A stretch of DNA of 60,220 bases, filler included. It is 6 parts of 6 records of this genome, joined end to end, with 100 filler letters (N's around TTAATTAATTAA, not from the genome) between each part and the next. Parts side by side here need not be neighbours in the genome. Positions count along the whole stretch, not along the records: positions 23,789 to 49,088 come from SRR31147125_11379; positions 49,189 to 55,006 come from SRR31147125_11401; 4 more parts are not named here. One strand, given 5' to 3'. Of the stretch, positions 43,275 through 53,487 are shown piece after piece (the first letter of the stretch is position 1; each line of letters begins with the position of its first letter). Both the position numbers and the translations under genes were made by a program. Under the pieces are notes generated by a model. It was not told the DNA's origin. It was given only the letters and a program-made list of their open reading frames with translations, and did no database searches.

Positions 43275-44009
43275 TCAAAATTGAATTAAAAGATGAAGTC
43301 TATTGGCATTTACTGTCATTTGAGTTTTTAGAATTTTAGCATTTAAATCAAGTTTTCTAATAAGATCCTGCAATTCATCCAGTGAATAAGATAACAGTCC
43401 ATTTGAGGAATGTATCTCATGATAACTTGAAGTTCTAGCTCGGTACAATAATTTAAGACTCTCAATTAAATACCTGTCTTTGATACCTGTTTTTATGAGC
43501 CCATATAATTGAGAAATCATGTGATTCCTGGTAAGGATATCTGCTATCAAAAACTGTGAACCAGGTAAAGTTATTTTCTTCACTTCTTTAATTAAATTTT
43601 CGACCTCACTTTTACTCTTGTAATATTGTATGACGCTTAAACATATAATTTTTGAAAATTTTTTACCTCTCAAAAATGATAAATTTGTATAATCAGTATC
43701 AGGTATTTCATATAAAAATATATTTCGATCATCTGAGAATTTTTGACTACAAATTTTCAAATTTGCTTCAGAAATGTCCAAACAGTGAATTTCTTTTACG
43801 TTATTTTTCAAAAAATCTGCCAAAAAACCGGGACCACATCCGATATCAAGAATAACATCTTCAACCGAATAATTCATAATTGTATAGGTCGATCGAATAA
43901 ATGTTTCCATATTTTTATGCCAATTGATTTCTCTGGTAATGTTTTCTGTTTTCCACCAATCAATCCAATTGTTACCCATTAAATCCATTCCTTCTTTCTG
44001 ATTCTCCAA
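43275..44009 (-). CDS. Class I SAM-dependent methyltransferase
   Basis: ILDIGCGPG, CLDIS, SVIQY, PGSQFLIADI; the real start is probably 43979. Confidence 0.85.
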   Translation of the reverse strand: MENQKEGMDLMGNNWIDWWKTENITREINWHKNMETFIRSTYTIMNYSVEDVILDIGCGPGFLADFLKNNVKEIHCLDISEANLKICSQKFSDDRNIFLYEIPDTDYTNLSFLRGKKFSKIICLSVIQYYKSKSEVENLIKEVKKITLPGSQFLIADILTRNHMISQLYGLIKTGIKDRYLIESLKLLYRARTSSYHEIHSSNGLLSYSLDELQDLIRKLDLNAKILKTQMTVNANRLHLLIQF

Positions 44010-44077
44010 TGAAATCCACTGAAAGTTTTTATTGCTTGTAAAAATGCAACTTACATATTACAACAACTATATCAGTG

Positions 44078-44971
44078 TTAGTATCCGAGTAATCCTGACA
44101 CAAAATCCATAAAATCTGGATGGTAGAGTATTGAGCTGTGGTTCACCTTTCTATTGAATAATCCCCAGCTGCCTTTGAACAGAAAATTCCCTGAACTGGT
44201 CTCCACAATATCAATACCCTCTAACATTGATACATCTATGCCACCAGCACCATCCAAAATAGCACTCTTTTCGGGTTTTATCCATTTATCCGGATCTATT
44301 CTAATAGTGAAATATTCTATATTACATAATTTGTCAGGAGGTATAGATTTTCTTCCGGGATTATCCATCCCGATACCGTAAGGTGTTTCATCTATAGGTT
44401 TTTCAAGTGTCCCGTTAAGCTCCACCTGAACGACATTTTTTGCAGCATCAGAGGCAAAGGAAGGACACATTTCACGAGCGGCCTCATCTTCAAATTCACA
44501 CAGTGTATTCGTGCCATGATTGGCACCGGTAACTGAAATCCATTTTCGTACTCGTTCAGGATGTATTTTTGTTGCATACCACCTTGCACTCACAGCGCCC
44601 ATGCTATGAGATACAATATCCAACTTGAATATATCCTTTCGATAACCTTCGGCCAGGGCTGCCTGTTTCGCTCTTTTCAGCAAAGAGTCTGCTGCCGGGG
44701 CAATAAAAGAATAAGCGGCTTGCACGTTTGCCATTGTATTAGGCAAAATATCCACTGCGAACAAATAGTGTGAAGGATATCCAACTCCTTGTAAATGTTT
44801 AATAAATGGCTGAAAATCATCCGGGCTCATACCGTGACCGTGTACAAATAGCACCGGTGTTTTAGAGTAATCTTGCTGTTGCTGTGTATCGATTTGTTTA
44901 CATCTCGCTATCAAACTAAACAATACTAACAAAAGAATGAATTTGCGGCCAGTAATGGAGTATATTTTCAT
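44078..44971 (-). CDS. Exported lipase/esterase, possibly a lipoprotein
   Basis: Hydrophobic leader ending IARC; PVLFVHG, VSHSMG, GANHGT, DETPY. Confidence 0.82.
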   Translation of the reverse strand: MKIYSITGRKFILLLVLFSLIARCKQIDTQQQQDYSKTPVLFVHGHGMSPDDFQPFIKHLQGVGYPSHYLFAVDILPNTMANVQAAYSFIAPAADSLLKRAKQAALAEGYRKDIFKLDIVSHSMGAVSARWYATKIHPERVRKWISVTGANHGTNTLCEFEDEAAREMCPSFASDAAKNVVQVELNGTLEKPIDETPYGIGMDNPGRKSIPPDKLCNIEYFTIRIDPDKWIKPEKSAILDGAGGIDVSMLEGIDIVETSSGNFLFKGSWGLFNRKVNHSSILYHPDFMDFVSGLLGY

Positions 44972-45603
44972 TTACGCCTCTTAACAATACGAAGGGGATT
45001 TCCCACAGCAACGATATAAGGCTCTACTTTACTAGTGACAACCGATCCAGCACCAACGACACTCCCCTCGCCGATATCACTCATCACAACACTATTTGTT
45101 CCCACCCAACAATCATTTTCAAGCTGAATTCGCCTATACCGTCCACCTTGCAAAGCCATGGGTACATCGGTTCTGCTAAAATTATGATAATATTTACCAC
45201 TCAAAAATCGACAGCCATCTGCAATTAGTACATATGAACCCAGATTACAATGGTGAAAAGTATTGAACATACCTATATGAACATGATCGCCGATCTCTAT
45301 ATCACGATAAAAAAATACAGTGCCAAATCCTATTAATACATTCCGACCGCATTTCTTTAGAGTTAATCTGTAAAATTCATAGCGCATAATCGTTCCCAGT
45401 GCGAATGGTACCAATGCAAACAACTCCGATCCGGATCGAAATATAAAATCTGAAAACCTTGATACAAGTGCTACTGGCAGTACTATGGGCCAGGTAAAAA
45501 TCCCTATCAATCTTGTCACGTAATAAAGTGCAGGGGATTGGGAAAACTGGAAATACTCAATATCTGTGTATTTATCCGTAACTATTGGATCACATTTTCT
45601 CAT
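44968..45603 (-). CDS. Hexapeptide-repeat (LbH) acyltransferase
   Basis: IEIGDHVHIG, LENDCWVGTNS, IGEGSVVGAGSVVT, VGNP. Confidence 0.88.
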   Translation of the reverse strand: MRKCDPIVTDKYTDIEYFQFSQSPALYYVTRLIGIFTWPIVLPVALVSRFSDFIFRSGSELFALVPFALGTIMRYEFYRLTLKKCGRNVLIGFGTVFFYRDIEIGDHVHIGMFNTFHHCNLGSYVLIADGCRFLSGKYYHNFSRTDVPMALQGGRYRRIQLENDCWVGTNSVVMSDIGEGSVVGAGSVVTSKVEPYIVAVGNPLRIVKRRK

Positions 45604-46596
45604 TGAATTGCCCATTACCATGGATTCTGCTCGGAAATAAAGGTTCCACAACCTTTATTTTTTTTACTGAAACATCTCGTGCATGCTGATAGAGTGGCAA
45701 AACCTGATATTCTGCCTCAATCTTGTCCAGGGTTTGACTGACGAACTGTAATTTTTTCTCAGCTGGAATATTCATGGCCGGGAAAAATGAAAGATCATTT
45801 GTATCATCGCAACCAAGAAAATCTGTCGGATGCAAAAGAAGAGATGGATGCGTATCTGTCCATCGACAAAGAGCCAAAGCTGAACTGAGATAACCAAAGG
45901 CCATTTTTCTGGCTATTGAATTCAAGACCAGCAGATAGCTCAGGTGAAATGGCATTCTGAGAATGGGCATAGTAGTGACCGGTATTTCTAAAAGGCCACT
46001 ATTATTTTCTATATTCCAGCGATACGGCTTAATCGATCTCAGACCATCCCGAAATGTGCCTCCCAGTAACTTGCGCTGATGTTTTTCTTCCGCAGAAAGT
46101 TTCATTGTCATGAGATAATAAGTCCGTGCCAGAGGTGTCATTAAGCTGGGTAGTGTTGTCGCATCATATTCATAGCCAAGTTGATATAGCACGTGCAAAC
46201 ACGACTGTGACAAACTAAATCCCGGTCCACGAAAACCAACAGGTTTTTGGCCGGTAATAGATTCAATAATTTCATCTGCTTTTGTAATTTCATCTTTAAT
46301 TTCATTTTCCGTGTATAAATGAAGCCAGGGTTCATGATTAAATGAATGATTACCTATTTCATGACCCGCCTCAGAGATTGAAGACAACAAGTCCCGATTA
46401 TTTTCCAATGCCGCATCCTGACCCACAATAAAAAAGTTATCTTTAGATTTCTCTTTTTCAAAAAATCCAGTACTCTTGGGATTACAATATCAAAATACGA
46501 AGGAAAGGTCTCCCAGTCTTTTTCTCCATGAGTTCTGAGATAAGTCCATTTATCATCAAGGTCAAATGACAAGCTTGCAATATTCTTTTTACTCAT
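45590..46596 (-). CDS. Polysaccharide deacetylase (frameshifted at the A run near 46430)
   Basis: SLSFDLDD, ITFFIVG (restored), GHEIGNHSFNHEPW, GFRGPGF, YDAT, LLHP. Confidence 0.85.
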
Positions 46597-46694
46597 TGTC
46601 CACACTTGTTGATATTTATTAACAGCATATAAGAAAATAAAAAATCATTTCGCCATAAAAAACGTTATATGATGAAATGATCCGCCATATCAAA

Positions 46695-47663
46695 TCAGTG
46701 AAATTCCAACTTGATCCCGAAATACATACGCATAAATTGTAAAAGCTCGCAATGGATTTTATTTTTTGAATAACACGTTTTATTGGTTAAAAAATCAATC
46801 TCAAACGATTTTTTTAATTTTGTCGGCGGCACCCAATTGGGTCGATTTATTAAAAAAATATATTCACTTGATGATGAATTGGATATATTTGGTACATTTC
46901 CGTGTGAAGCAATTAAAATAATGTAATAATCTCGATTATTATAACGAAACCTGATTTGCCGATCCTTGTTCTCTTCAGTAACCAGCCCATTAACACGATC
47001 CAGCTTCATATCTGTAAACCGTTGTATAATATGCCATATAGCTGTATCTCGTTGTGCTGACGACATTTTACGCTTGATCTTATCCATTGTTGTCACCTGT
47101 TTTGCCGGCCACCCCTCCACAATTTGATCTTGATGAATATTTTTTGTGACTACTGAACGTGAATTTATAAACACATGGTCTTCAATGGTTATGCCTGCAT
47201 GAATAAATACTCCCGCAGCAATCCAGACATTATCACCAACAGAGACAGGAGCCATTTTAACCCAATATCCCTCTGTATAAGGTAAAAATGATCCATGAGT
47301 GAAAATCATACAGCGTGGTCCAAGAGCCGAATTGTGGCCAATAGATACATTCTCATCCGTATTAATCAAAGATTGTGGACCAACATAACCGTGTTTACCA
47401 ATGCGGAATCCAGCAGCCCCATAAATAATAATCATGCTGCTAATAACTGTATATGCTCCGATCTTTACATCTCCCTGGCAGTGTATTATGGATAGAGAAC
47501 GTAGTTCAGCATAATCCCCAAGCTCGATTTGATGACCTGATATAGCAGAAAACCAGCCTATTTTAGCATGTTTGCCAATTTTAGCGTTACAAAGCCATTT
47601 CAGGATATATATCTTCAGGGTAGGTGGAGATACAAAAACGAGAATAAAAATCACATTCTTCAT
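46695..47663 (-). CDS. Hexapeptide-repeat acyltransferase with C-terminal extension
   Basis: Multiple LbH repeats, MIFTH, VGDNVWIAAG, SRSVVTK, GWPAK, plus about 130 extra residues. Confidence 0.82.
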   Translation of the reverse strand: MKNVIFILVFVSPPTLKIYILKWLCNAKIGKHAKIGWFSAISGHQIELGDYAELRSLSIIHCQGDVKIGAYTVISSMIIIYGAAGFRIGKHGYVGPQSLINTDENVSIGHNSALGPRCMIFTHGSFLPYTEGYWVKMAPVSVGDNVWIAAGVFIHAGITIEDHVFINSRSVVTKNIHQDQIVEGWPAKQVTTMDKIKRKMSSAQRDTAIWHIIQRFTDMKLDRVNGLVTEENKDRQIRFRYNNRDYYIILIASHGNVPNISNSSSSEYIFLINRPNWVPPTKLKKSFEIDFLTNKTCYSKNKIHCELLQFMRMYFGIKLEFH

Positions 47664-49088
47664 ATCCCGGCCCCATTTCCACTTAATCCATGACTCAAAT
47701 TTATTATTGACTGATAACGCTCACACCAATGTTTGGCTATACATTTTGGTGTATCAATCCAAAATTCATTACGGCTAGTTAGATAATGTAGAAATTCCCG
47801 ATAAGTTGAGGCCCAACGAGGAAAGAGTAAATCATCAAAAACATAGTCATGAACGTCCATGGCCAGACATCCATGCTGATCTGAAGCAACTTGTGCAAGT
47901 GCCTTCAGGATAGCCAAACGATCCCCAGGATTATCTTTCTGATAGCTAAACAAATGGTCATCCATCCAGGCGGTTTGAAGTTGAAGCGTTTTAATTTCAC
48001 GCTTTTCCTTTTGACTGAATGGAAAAAATGGCCAGCACAGACCTCGACGCCAGCCGAGGTAACGTTCATGAGTTAAGGAGGCATCATATTTGAATCCAAC
48101 TTGTTCATGCAAAAGCAAGGTCGACTCTGGATCATGCGGATTCAAATGCCAGTAATGATGTCGGTTGCCATGGATGGTCTGATGGCTTATATCTTCGAGT
48201 TTGCGTTTTTCGTTTAAAAACGATTCCCGGTTTTTATGAGCGTGATAACTCGCATGAAGCCCGACCTCAAAACCCTGGTCTTCCAGGTACTGAAATATAT
48301 TTCTAAATGGTTCTGATTTAATATCATAAAAGGGATTGGGTGTACCAGTTGCATACTGTAATAATGAACCTCGTTTCGCGACAAAAAAGAAAGCAGACCT
48401 AACATCAAATTGTCTTTCCATATTAACCCAGGAAGAAAAATGCCAGTGAGTTCTTTTGCCACTCAAAATCGATGTAGCTGCAGATAAACCAGTAATGTTC
48501 TTGCGAAGTAAAATTCGTAAAGGCTCCAACCAGCGGATGACCTGTGGATAATCCACATCATGACCAATACATGCAGCTGCTTTTTTCCCATCCGGCCACT
48601 GTGGGATTGGAACCGGAAATCTCAATTTAAGGAATAGGGGTTGCAGAAACGATGCTATTGACGAAGCAGGAGCTCTGCGGTTAAATTGTTCTCGCTGAAA
48701 GGCAGTATTTGATAAATCGTAAAAACCATGCTTATTAAACGGTACATATTTTTCCTCTTGTCCCGTACATAGCCAAAATAGATCAAAAATAATATCACGA
48801 TGGCAAACAATTCGATTATTTTCACTTTTTATAAGATCAGGGCTTTCTTTTTCACCTTTAAAAATTGGACAAACCCACTTGTCGTACTTTCCAGATTTTA
48901 ACAATTGAACATGTGATAAATTATTCCAATTGTGAAGATTGGCAACAACTGCAAATTTACCATTTATCCGAGTCGTATCTGAGGTATAGGTAATATCGCA
49001 ATCATTATCTGTTATCGGGACTTGCTCCCAACAAAAGCCCATCCCACTTAATAAGAGCCTCCATGTCCAGCAAACTTCCGAACCAAAA
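47660..49088 (-). CDS. Polysaccharide deacetylase-like protein (5' truncated)
   Basis: IGHDVD, SAFFF, EVGLHASY, GNRHHYW, YDASL, WMD; the frame is open to the contig edge. Confidence 0.78.
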
Positions 49089-49188
49089 NNNNNNNNNNNN
49101 NNNNNNNNNNNNNNNNNNNNNNNNNNNNNNNNTTAATTAATTAANNNNNNNNNNNNNNNNNNNNNNNNNNNNNNNNNNNNNNNNNNNN
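49089..49188. other. Artificial contig linker
   Basis: N44-TTAATTAATTAA-N44. Confidence 0.98.
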
Positions 49189-49949
49189 AAAACGAAGATG
49201 GCTTTCTACCGTTCGTTCACCAAATGAGCCAAATTGCGGGGGTAACCTCAATTACCATTGCCAGCGAATATTTAAGCAATTCGCGCCAGGGAAAGGGCGT
49301 TTTGTTTGGCGAAGTTACCGGAGTTACACCTGCCGAGTTGGTAATTATTGGCACCAGTACCGCAGCAGAATATGCAGCCCGTGCCGCACTTGGCCTTGGT
49401 ATTTTTGTGAAAGTTTTCGATACATCGGTTTACGATCTCAGTAAGATGGAAGAAAAACTGGGACGTAGAATTTTTACCTCGGTTTTCTATCCGAAAGTAT
49501 TGCGAAAAGCGCTGGTTTCGGCCGACGCAGTTATTGGAGCCACGTCGTTTAATACCCCTCCAAAATTTAAGGTTAACGAAGATTTGGTAAAACAAATGAA
49601 AGAAGGTTCGGTAATAATCGATCTGAATGTTAGCCAGGGAGGCTGTTTCGAAACCTCGAAATGCACCGATCTGAATAATCCTACATTTACAAAACACGGT
49701 GTGGTTCATTATTGCGTACCCAATACCCCGTCGTTGGTGGCGCGAACAGCTTCCATTTCGTTAAGCAATATTTTAATTCCAATTTTGCTGGCAATTGGCG
49801 ACAATGGCGGCGTTGACAACTACATAAAATCGTCGAAAGGATTCAGAAAAGGAGTTTATATTTATCGGGGAATTCTTACCAATCCCGATGTCAGCAGCAT
49901 GTTCAATTTGCCATCGCAAGACATTAATCTACTTCTCGCTGCATTTTAA
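49189..49949 (+). CDS. ald: Alanine dehydrogenase homologue (5' truncated, degenerate motifs)
   Basis: MSQIAG, GKGVLFG, ADAVIGA, QGGCFETS, HGVVHYCVPN. Confidence 0.8.
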
Positions 49950-51886
49950 TACCGGGCTAACATCATCATAGAAACAGGCTCAACCGTAACAACATTTCCA
50001 ACTGCACGTCCAAGTCCGCTTTCTTTAATCTGGTCGCCTTCGGCAATTACATTATAAATGCCATCGGGTAGCGGAATAGTAACTTCAGCATTGTTGCCAT
50101 TAAAAAGCATAATAATTTGCCCCCATTTATCCCCTACCGACTCGCCATCAATACAATAAGATACTACACCGATCTTATATTCAATAGAAAAATCAATATT
50201 TTTGCGAATTTTGCTGGCTTTATGCATTCGAAAAGCCTTATGTTTTTTTCGTATTTCAATAAGTGCTTTAAAATACTCGAAAACATCGAAATACTTATTC
50301 TTCCGGGCCCAGTCGAGCTGATTTACCGAATCGAGAGATTTATACGAATTACCATTGCCATTTTTAGACCTGCAAAACTCAACACCGGCATGTAAAAACG
50401 GAATTCCCTGCGAGGTTAATACCAGTGCACCGGTCAATTTTACGCGTCTTCTCAATTCGTCATCAGAAGCCTTTGGCAAACTCATTTTCAACTTATCGAA
50501 AAGCGTATAATTATCGTGGCACGAAACATAGTTTATACATTGCACCGGTTCGTCTGCCCATGGATGCGAAACAGAATCAATATAATCGCAATTAACATGC
50601 GGATGCGAAACTGCACCAACAATTCCAAATTTTATCCCCTCTTCGCGCAGGTTTAATCCACTTACAAAACCTTTCGATTTTTTATCGCCATGGTTTCCTT
50701 TTAATGCATCGCGAAAATCGTCGTTAAAACTTGCAATACCTTTTAAAAGCGGAGTATTTCGTTTAACAGCGCGCATATCTTCATTCATTGGGCTCTGGTC
50801 GGCAGCCCACCCCTCTCCATACATAAGAATTCCGGGATCGAAGCGATTTAATTCAGCGCGCATTTCCTGCACTGTTTTCGTATCAATTACACCCATTAAA
50901 TCGAATCGGAAACCATCAATATGATATTCTTCCACCCAGTATCTCAAGGTGTTAATAAAATACTTCCGAACCATATGCCTTTCTGAGGCGATTTCATTTC
51001 CACAGCCTGAAGCATTCGAAAAATGACCGTCAGGTTTTTGTCGATAAAAATAACCGGGAACAGTCTGGTTAAACACCGACTCCTTCGTGTAATAGGTATG
51101 ATTAAAAACAATATCTAAAACAACACCAATACCGTTATCGTGCAGGGTTTTTACCAGTTGTTTAAATTCAAGAATCCGTTTAGTTCCATCATAAGCGTCA
51201 CTGGCAAACGAACCTTCAAGTGCATTAAAATGCAAAGGATCGTAGCCCCAGTTATATTTATCGTTGGGCTTCTCTTCATCAACTGTTGCAAAATCGTTTA
51301 CAGGCAACAAATGTACGTGCGTAACACCCAATTCTTTCAGATGCTCCAATCCGGTTTTTATTCCATCTTCCGATTTTGTTCCGGTTTCGGTAAAGCCTAG
51401 AAATTTTCCTTTGTTTTCAATGCCCGAATTTTCAGCAATGGAAAAATCGCGAACGTGTGCTTCGTAAATAACAGCATCGGAAAAACGCTTTAACCGCGGC
51501 CCGTGGTCGTACAACCATTCATCCGGATTTGTTTTGTTAGGATTGTAAATCATGCCGCGCAGCCCGTTTGCTCCCACACAACGTGCATAAATTCCTGGCA
51601 CCTCGTTTAACCATCCCCCGTCGTTCACTCTGAAGGTATAATACTTCCCTTCGTAGTCGCCGGTTAAAATTGTTTTCCAAATTCCACTTGCCTGTTTCTG
51701 AAGATTGGTTTTATGGAAAGATTCACCACTTACACCATCTTTATAGAGTCGCAATTCTACCATCTGGGCAGTTGGAGCCCAAATTTTAACGGTTGTTTTT
51801 TCGGGGGTCCAGAACACACCTAAATCATTGGTGTCGTATGCCGGATATGTTGAAAAATCGATATGATTAAATTTCCAGTTTCTCAT
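49946..51886 (-). CDS. pulA: Type I pullulanase (GH13)
   Basis: WAPTA, IYEAHVRDFS, YNWGYDP, DIVFNH, GFRFDLMG, YGEGW, YVSCHDN. Confidence 0.95.
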   Translation of the reverse strand: MRNWKFNHIDFSTYPAYDTNDLGVFWTPEKTTVKIWAPTAQMVELRLYKDGVSGESFHKTNLQKQASGIWKTILTGDYEGKYYTFRVNDGGWLNEVPGIYARCVGANGLRGMIYNPNKTNPDEWLYDHGPRLKRFSDAVIYEAHVRDFSIAENSGIENKGKFLGFTETGTKSEDGIKTGLEHLKELGVTHVHLLPVNDFATVDEEKPNDKYNWGYDPLHFNALEGSFASDAYDGTKRILEFKQLVKTLHDNGIGVVLDIVFNHTYYTKESVFNQTVPGYFYRQKPDGHFSNASGCGNEIASERHMVRKYFINTLRYWVEEYHIDGFRFDLMGVIDTKTVQEMRAELNRFDPGILMYGEGWAADQSPMNEDMRAVKRNTPLLKGIASFNDDFRDALKGNHGDKKSKGFVSGLNLREEGIKFGIVGAVSHPHVNCDYIDSVSHPWADEPVQCINYVSCHDNYTLFDKLKMSLPKASDDELRRRVKLTGALVLTSQGIPFLHAGVEFCRSKNGNGNSYKSLDSVNQLDWARKNKYFDVFEYFKALIEIRKKHKAFRMHKASKIRKNIDFSIEYKIGVVSYCIDGESVGDKWGQIIMLFNGNNAEVTIPLPDGIYNVIAEGDQIKESGLGRAVGNVVTVEPVSMMMLARY

Positions 51887-52434
51887 TAAAATCGAAACAA
51901 TGTTTTACGTAAAAAAGTAGATGAACTTCCCAATTTCTTCCCCTTTACATCAGATAAAAGCACCTTGGCTTTTGGGAATCTTTTCAACCTTTTATCGTGT
52001 CGATAAAATCGGTTCAGATCAATTTCAAGAGCATGACTTTTTCCTTTTTCAAGAAAGAGCGGATAAAGTGAACGGTTATCCATTCCCTTAATTTTAAATT
52101 TTCGTTTCAGCCAAAAATTATCAAAAACTAAAAGCGGCTGGTCTAAATCAACATCTGTATTACCTGTGTTTTCAACGGTTAACGTGAGTTTGTCAGGATA
52201 ATAGAGCGCATCTTTTTCGAGTTTAATCCGAAGCTTTCGAATAGAAAAAAATGAGTTCCGCTTTTTAGCCTTGGTATTCCGCTTTGGTTTTGCGCTTACA
52301 GCAAATATCACTCCCACAACCAGCAAAACCAGCAAAATCCAAAAAAGCTTATGTCCCTCGGGGCCAACTTCGTTTTGAGCAAAAAGAAGTTTAAAACAAA
52401 GCATAAAAAATAAAAGGGCAGAACCTCTTCTCAT
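51886..52434 (-). CDS. Hypothetical membrane-anchored protein
   Basis: Signal/TM segments followed by a basic beta-rich domain; its stop overlaps the pulA start. Confidence 0.6.
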   Translation of the reverse strand: MRRGSALLFFMLCFKLLFAQNEVGPEGHKLFWILLVLLVVGVIFAVSAKPKRNTKAKKRNSFFSIRKLRIKLEKDALYYPDKLTLTVENTGNTDVDLDQPLLVFDNFWLKRKFKIKGMDNRSLYPLFLEKGKSHALEIDLNRFYRHDKRLKRFPKAKVLLSDVKGKKLGSSSTFLRKTLFRF

Positions 52435-52450
52435 TCAAAAATATTTCTTG

Positions 52451-52458
52451 CAAATGTA
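52451..52458 (-). promoter_or_regulatory. Bacteroidetes -7 promoter element (hypothetical-pulA operon)
   Basis: TACATTTG on the minus strand, 16 bp before the ATG at 52434. Confidence 0.55.
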
Positions 52459-52682
52459 AACCTTTTTCTGATTTGGGTATAGTAAGGAATGCATGTTTCG
52501 TGCAGCAAATTATTTATCCTTAACATGAAACACGTAAGTTGCAACAACTTATACCTTCAAAATTTCGAACTGATAAATGAGCCAATATTTTACAGAAAGA
52601 GAATAACTTCGTTTCAAGTTTTTCTTTAAGCCCTCATTTTGAAATGTAGCTCAACTAATAGTATATACTGAAAGTTAGAGAA

Positions 52683-53018
52683 TTAGGTATTAACTAATAC
52701 TTCAATTTGTTTTTTTAAGGTAGGTAATTCCATTTCAATCGTATCCCATACCGAATAAATGTCAACTCCTAAATAATCATGAATCAAAACATCTCTCATC
52801 CCTGCAATTTTTTTCCATGGAATCTGAGTGTTTCTATTTCGAAAGTCTTTTGACAATTTTTTTGTTGCTTCTCCAATAACTTCAAAATTACGGATAACAG
52901 CATCCTGAACCATTTCATTCTCCACAAAATTATGAATTGACAGCCCATCAACATATTTTTCAATTTTGCCTATTGAGTCTAAAATGTGTTCCAGAAAAAT
53001 ATTATCCTCTTTGTCCAT
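52683..53018 (-). CDS. hepT: HepT-like (DUF86/HEPN) RNase toxin
   Basis: DAVIRNFEVIGEA, IPWKKIAGMRDVLIHDY (RX4H motif). Confidence 0.9.
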   Translation of the reverse strand: MDKEDNIFLEHILDSIGKIEKYVDGLSIHNFVENEMVQDAVIRNFEVIGEATKKLSKDFRNRNTQIPWKKIAGMRDVLIHDYLGVDIYSVWDTIEMELPTLKKQIEVLVNT

Positions 53019-53292
53019 ATAATATAACCAAGTCTGAATATATGTACGGTTTTAATCTCGGATTCAGTGCTCTTTCCGTTACAATGTCAACTTTGCGTTT
53101 CAGTCTTTCAGAAAGATCTGTCTTCATTTCACCTAAATCAAAAAGAGTTACCTTCTTATTAAAATCCACGAGAATATCAACGTCACTTTCGTCCGTCTCT
53201 TCTCCTCTCGCATAAGAACCAAAAATCCCAATTTTATTCGGCTCAAATTTCATAAGATAAGACACAATTGTTTTGTTAATACTATCTGACAT
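53002..53292 (-). CDS. mntA: MntA-like minimal nucleotidyltransferase antitoxin
   Basis: FGSYARGEETDESDVDILV (GSX10DXD), KVDIVT; overlaps the toxin gene. Confidence 0.9.
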   Translation of the reverse strand: MSDSINKTIVSYLMKFEPNKIGIFGSYARGEETDESDVDILVDFNKKVTLFDLGEMKTDLSERLKRKVDIVTERALNPRLKPYIYSDLVILYGQRG

Positions 53293-53444
53293 ACATTCTT
53301 ATTTTAAGTAAAACTAAGAAATTAATTTCTATTGCTAATTAACATATACAACTTTCTACCAGCATACACAGGTAAGTTTCAGGTATTTTGATAAAAATCA
53401 GCGTTAATAATTTGTCTGTTTCGAAAATGATAATTTACTTTAGC

Positions 53445-53479
53445 GTTTCAAATAAGAAACATTGTTTCAAACCAGAAAC
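53445..53479. promoter_or_regulatory. Tandem palindromic operator upstream of the IclR gene
   Basis: GTTTC-AAATAA-GAAAC (53445-53460) and GTTTC-AAACCA-GAAAC (53464-53479). Confidence 0.65.
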
Positions 53480-53487
53480 CAGCTAAA

